From: Candidatus Poribacteria bacterium | GTDB taxonomy: Bacteria > Poribacteria > WGA-4E > WGA-3G | DNA: 64,000 bases | Assembly (NCBI GenBank): GCA_965215265.1 | Contig: OZ244048.1 | Location: forward strand, 1,408,001-1,472,000 | Direction of reading: 5' to 3' | Shown here: positions 62,223 to 64,000 of the stretch, piece after piece | Position numbering within the stretch: the first letter of the stretch is position 1 | How the letters are laid out: each line of letters opens with the position of its first letter | The notes under the pieces: model-generated | Databases searched by the model: none | Told to the model about the DNA's origin: nothing | What the model saw: the letters and a program-made list of their open reading frames with translations, nothing else | Program-made: the position numbers and the translations under genes

Positions 62223-63069
62223 GTTGATCTCCTTGCTTTAAAGGTATGCGTTTTGTTTGTCCCATGCCCATAGTGGTTTTGTAGCCGGTGCCGGAATAAA
62301 GGGCAAAATCAGCCAACCAGTTAGCGGTATAGAGCAGGTCGAGGTTGAGTTTATCGGTGGGTTCAAAGCGGCATGTGCAGGTACCGATCCATCCGATCAC
62401 GGTGTATGAGCCGAAATTATGGGCGCGTGTGCGGGTATGGGCTTCAGAGAGGCGTGCGTGTGCGGCAATGAAGTTTAAGAGTTGCCTTTCATCAATCTGC
62501 ATCGGCGCGAAAGCATTCCATTTTTTGACCCAGCTCCGGTAGCATCGGACTAAGTCGACTTGGGTATGCGTATATGTCTTTTGCCCACGGGGGGTGAGTG
62601 CGCGGAATGAAGTAGGTGAATAGAATTTGATTCGGAATTGAGTTTCAGGGAGTGCGGATTGTACAATTTGGGTGTAGGAGGCGTTTGCACTCCAGGTTTG
62701 TGCTTCAGTAGCGTGTGAGACCCACTGTTTAACCTGAAACGTTGCTTCTCCCAATCGGATGGGTGGCATGGTAAGTGCCAAAAATGCCTGCCCAAATTCT
62801 GCAAAGAGCGCGTCATCTAAGAAGGTGAATCGGAGTTTGCAGTCGGTGCCGGCTCGGAGATGGATTCGGTTGTTGTGCGACTTGCCTTTCGCCTGAAGTG
62901 GTGAGACGGTGAAAGGCTTTTGTGAGGTTTGTGCGTGCAGTGCTGTCGCCAATTCTGGATTCGTCTGCTTCAGAATTGAGAGGAATGCGGCGTGTGCGTG
63001 GTGTCCCATGGTGGGACGGAGTGCGGCACCGGTTTGTGGTATGAGGGAAAGTACTGTGCTGATAGGCAT
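62215..63069 (-). CDS. cas6: CRISPR pre-crRNA endoribonuclease Cas6
   Basis: PFTVSPL, FYSPTSFR, G-rich loop SGTGYKTTMGMG. Confidence 0.93.
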   Translation of the reverse strand: MPISTVLSLIPQTGAALRPTMGHHAHAAFLSILKQTNPELATALHAQTSQKPFTVSPLQAKGKSHNNRIHLRAGTDCKLRFTFLDDALFAEFGQAFLALTMPPIRLGEATFQVKQWVSHATEAQTWSANASYTQIVQSALPETQFRIKFYSPTSFRALTPRGQKTYTHTQVDLVRCYRSWVKKWNAFAPMQIDERQLLNFIAAHARLSEAHTRTRAHNFGSYTVIGWIGTCTCRFEPTDKLNLDLLYTANWLADFALYSGTGYKTTMGMGQTKRIPLKQGDQHV

Positions 63070-63144
63070 GGGGGCTTCTCCTTATGTTGTTGTTTCGCTT
63101 TTTGTAAGTGCTTTGCGAGCGCGTATACAAGCGGCTCTCATTAA

Positions 63145-64000
63145 TCAAGACTCGAAGAGAGATAACTGTTCCCCACCTGTTGGTGCAGGCCTCGAAGATT
63201 TCGACTGTTTTTTCGATTTCGGTTCAAGTTCTTCCGGCGGCAGCTGTATTTCCTTCTCAGACGAAGATTTCTCCAAATCTTTCAAATAATGCAGCCATAT
63301 TTTTTTTGCGTCTCCATTTTCACGGGTTGTTTTGTAAATAAGATTTTGTCGGTACCCCTTAGTGCCGCCAGATTCAAACACTTTGGGAACTTCGACGTAC
63401 CCAACTTCTTCACAAAAATCAGTTTCAGGTACCTCAATAAAAAGTTCTTTAAAGTAGACAGCGCCGCCATAGTTAAGCGGAACGAACCTGAATTCCTCGT
63501 TATAGTTATCGTAATATCGCTGATAAACCTTAATATTCGAGTCAACCGTCTCGCCCTGCTGATTGGCGATACAACTTCGAATCGGCAGATTGATAGCATT
63601 TTCAGGCTGTTGCTTCGAGGATTCAGGAATCTTGGTCGTAAGGATAAGTGAGGGTTCAAAACTCCGCGTAACCACAAGGCCTCTATCGTGCAGCGGTTTG
63701 TTTTCAAGACGCGCTTCGTAGACGTACTCATACAGCATATCAAAAAGTACCTCTGCCCGATAGTCGGAATGCGGTTCGTACTGCATGATGTCAAGAATTT
63801 GATTTGGCTGAAACCTATCCGCTGTTTGCGTTTGTAGAAGGTTCAGGTAGGTTTCCTCTTCCTCACTAGAGATAACCGAGAGAAATGGACGGATCTTGTT
63901 TCCTACAACTACAATTTCAGCGTCTTGAATTTCTCCTTTGCGGTTGCACCTGCCTGCGCGTTGGATAAGCTGATCTGGGTTGCACAATTCCGTGAGCAGC
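63145..64000 (-). CDS. cas3: Cas3 helicase C-terminal part (truncated by the window edge)
   Basis: Helicase motif VI LIQRAGRCNR in cas operon context. Type I; subtype cannot be determined from this window. Confidence 0.8.
   Translation of the reverse strand, partial: LLTELCNPDQLIQRAGRCNRKGEIQDAEIVVVGNKIRPFLSVISSEEEETYLNLLQTQTADRFQPNQILDIMQYEPHSDYRAEVLFDMLYEYVYEARLENKPLHDRGLVVTRSFEPSLILTTKIPESSKQQPENAINLPIRSCIANQQGETVDSNIKVYQRYYDNYNEEFRFVPLNYGGAVYFKELFIEVPETDFCEEVGYVEVPKVFESGGTKGYRQNLIYKTTRENGDAKKIWLHYLKDLEKSSSEKEIQLPPEELEPKSKKQSKSSRPAPTGGEQLSLFES

Overview
Bacterial chromosomal segment. The gene content (three PhyH-family dioxygenases, a sulfatase, FGE-fold lipoproteins, Rpn genes) suggests Candidatus Poribacteria; this is inference only. 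Housekeeping and metabolic genes (queA-ruvB-ruvA-ruvC-yebC, tyrS, DAHP synthase-leuA, pepA, pyrF, argH, glcB) surround two accessory islands. Island 1 (about 7.5-16.3 kb) is a complete diversity-generating retroelement: two paralogous lipoprotein targets, avd, RT and a template repeat. It is preceded by five helically phased promoter-like units and followed by two tandem Rpn genes, each bounded by copies of a structured element from the DGR 3' region. Island 2 (about 47.9-64 kb) holds a divergent Rpn-like gene, a type ISP restriction-modification enzyme, a 64-repeat CRISPR array and cas2, cas4-cas1, cas6 and a partial cas3. The degenerate trailer end of the array encloses an 842-bp gene-bearing 'spacer' and a spacer that is a consensus promoter. 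Two selenoproteins are hidden as split ORFs: a two-UGA tandem peroxiredoxin and a formate dehydrogenase alpha subunit. A probable Tyr/Phe/Trp/Leu leader-peptide attenuator precedes the DAHP synthase-leuA genes. All alignments and counts were done by eye; no database searches were run.
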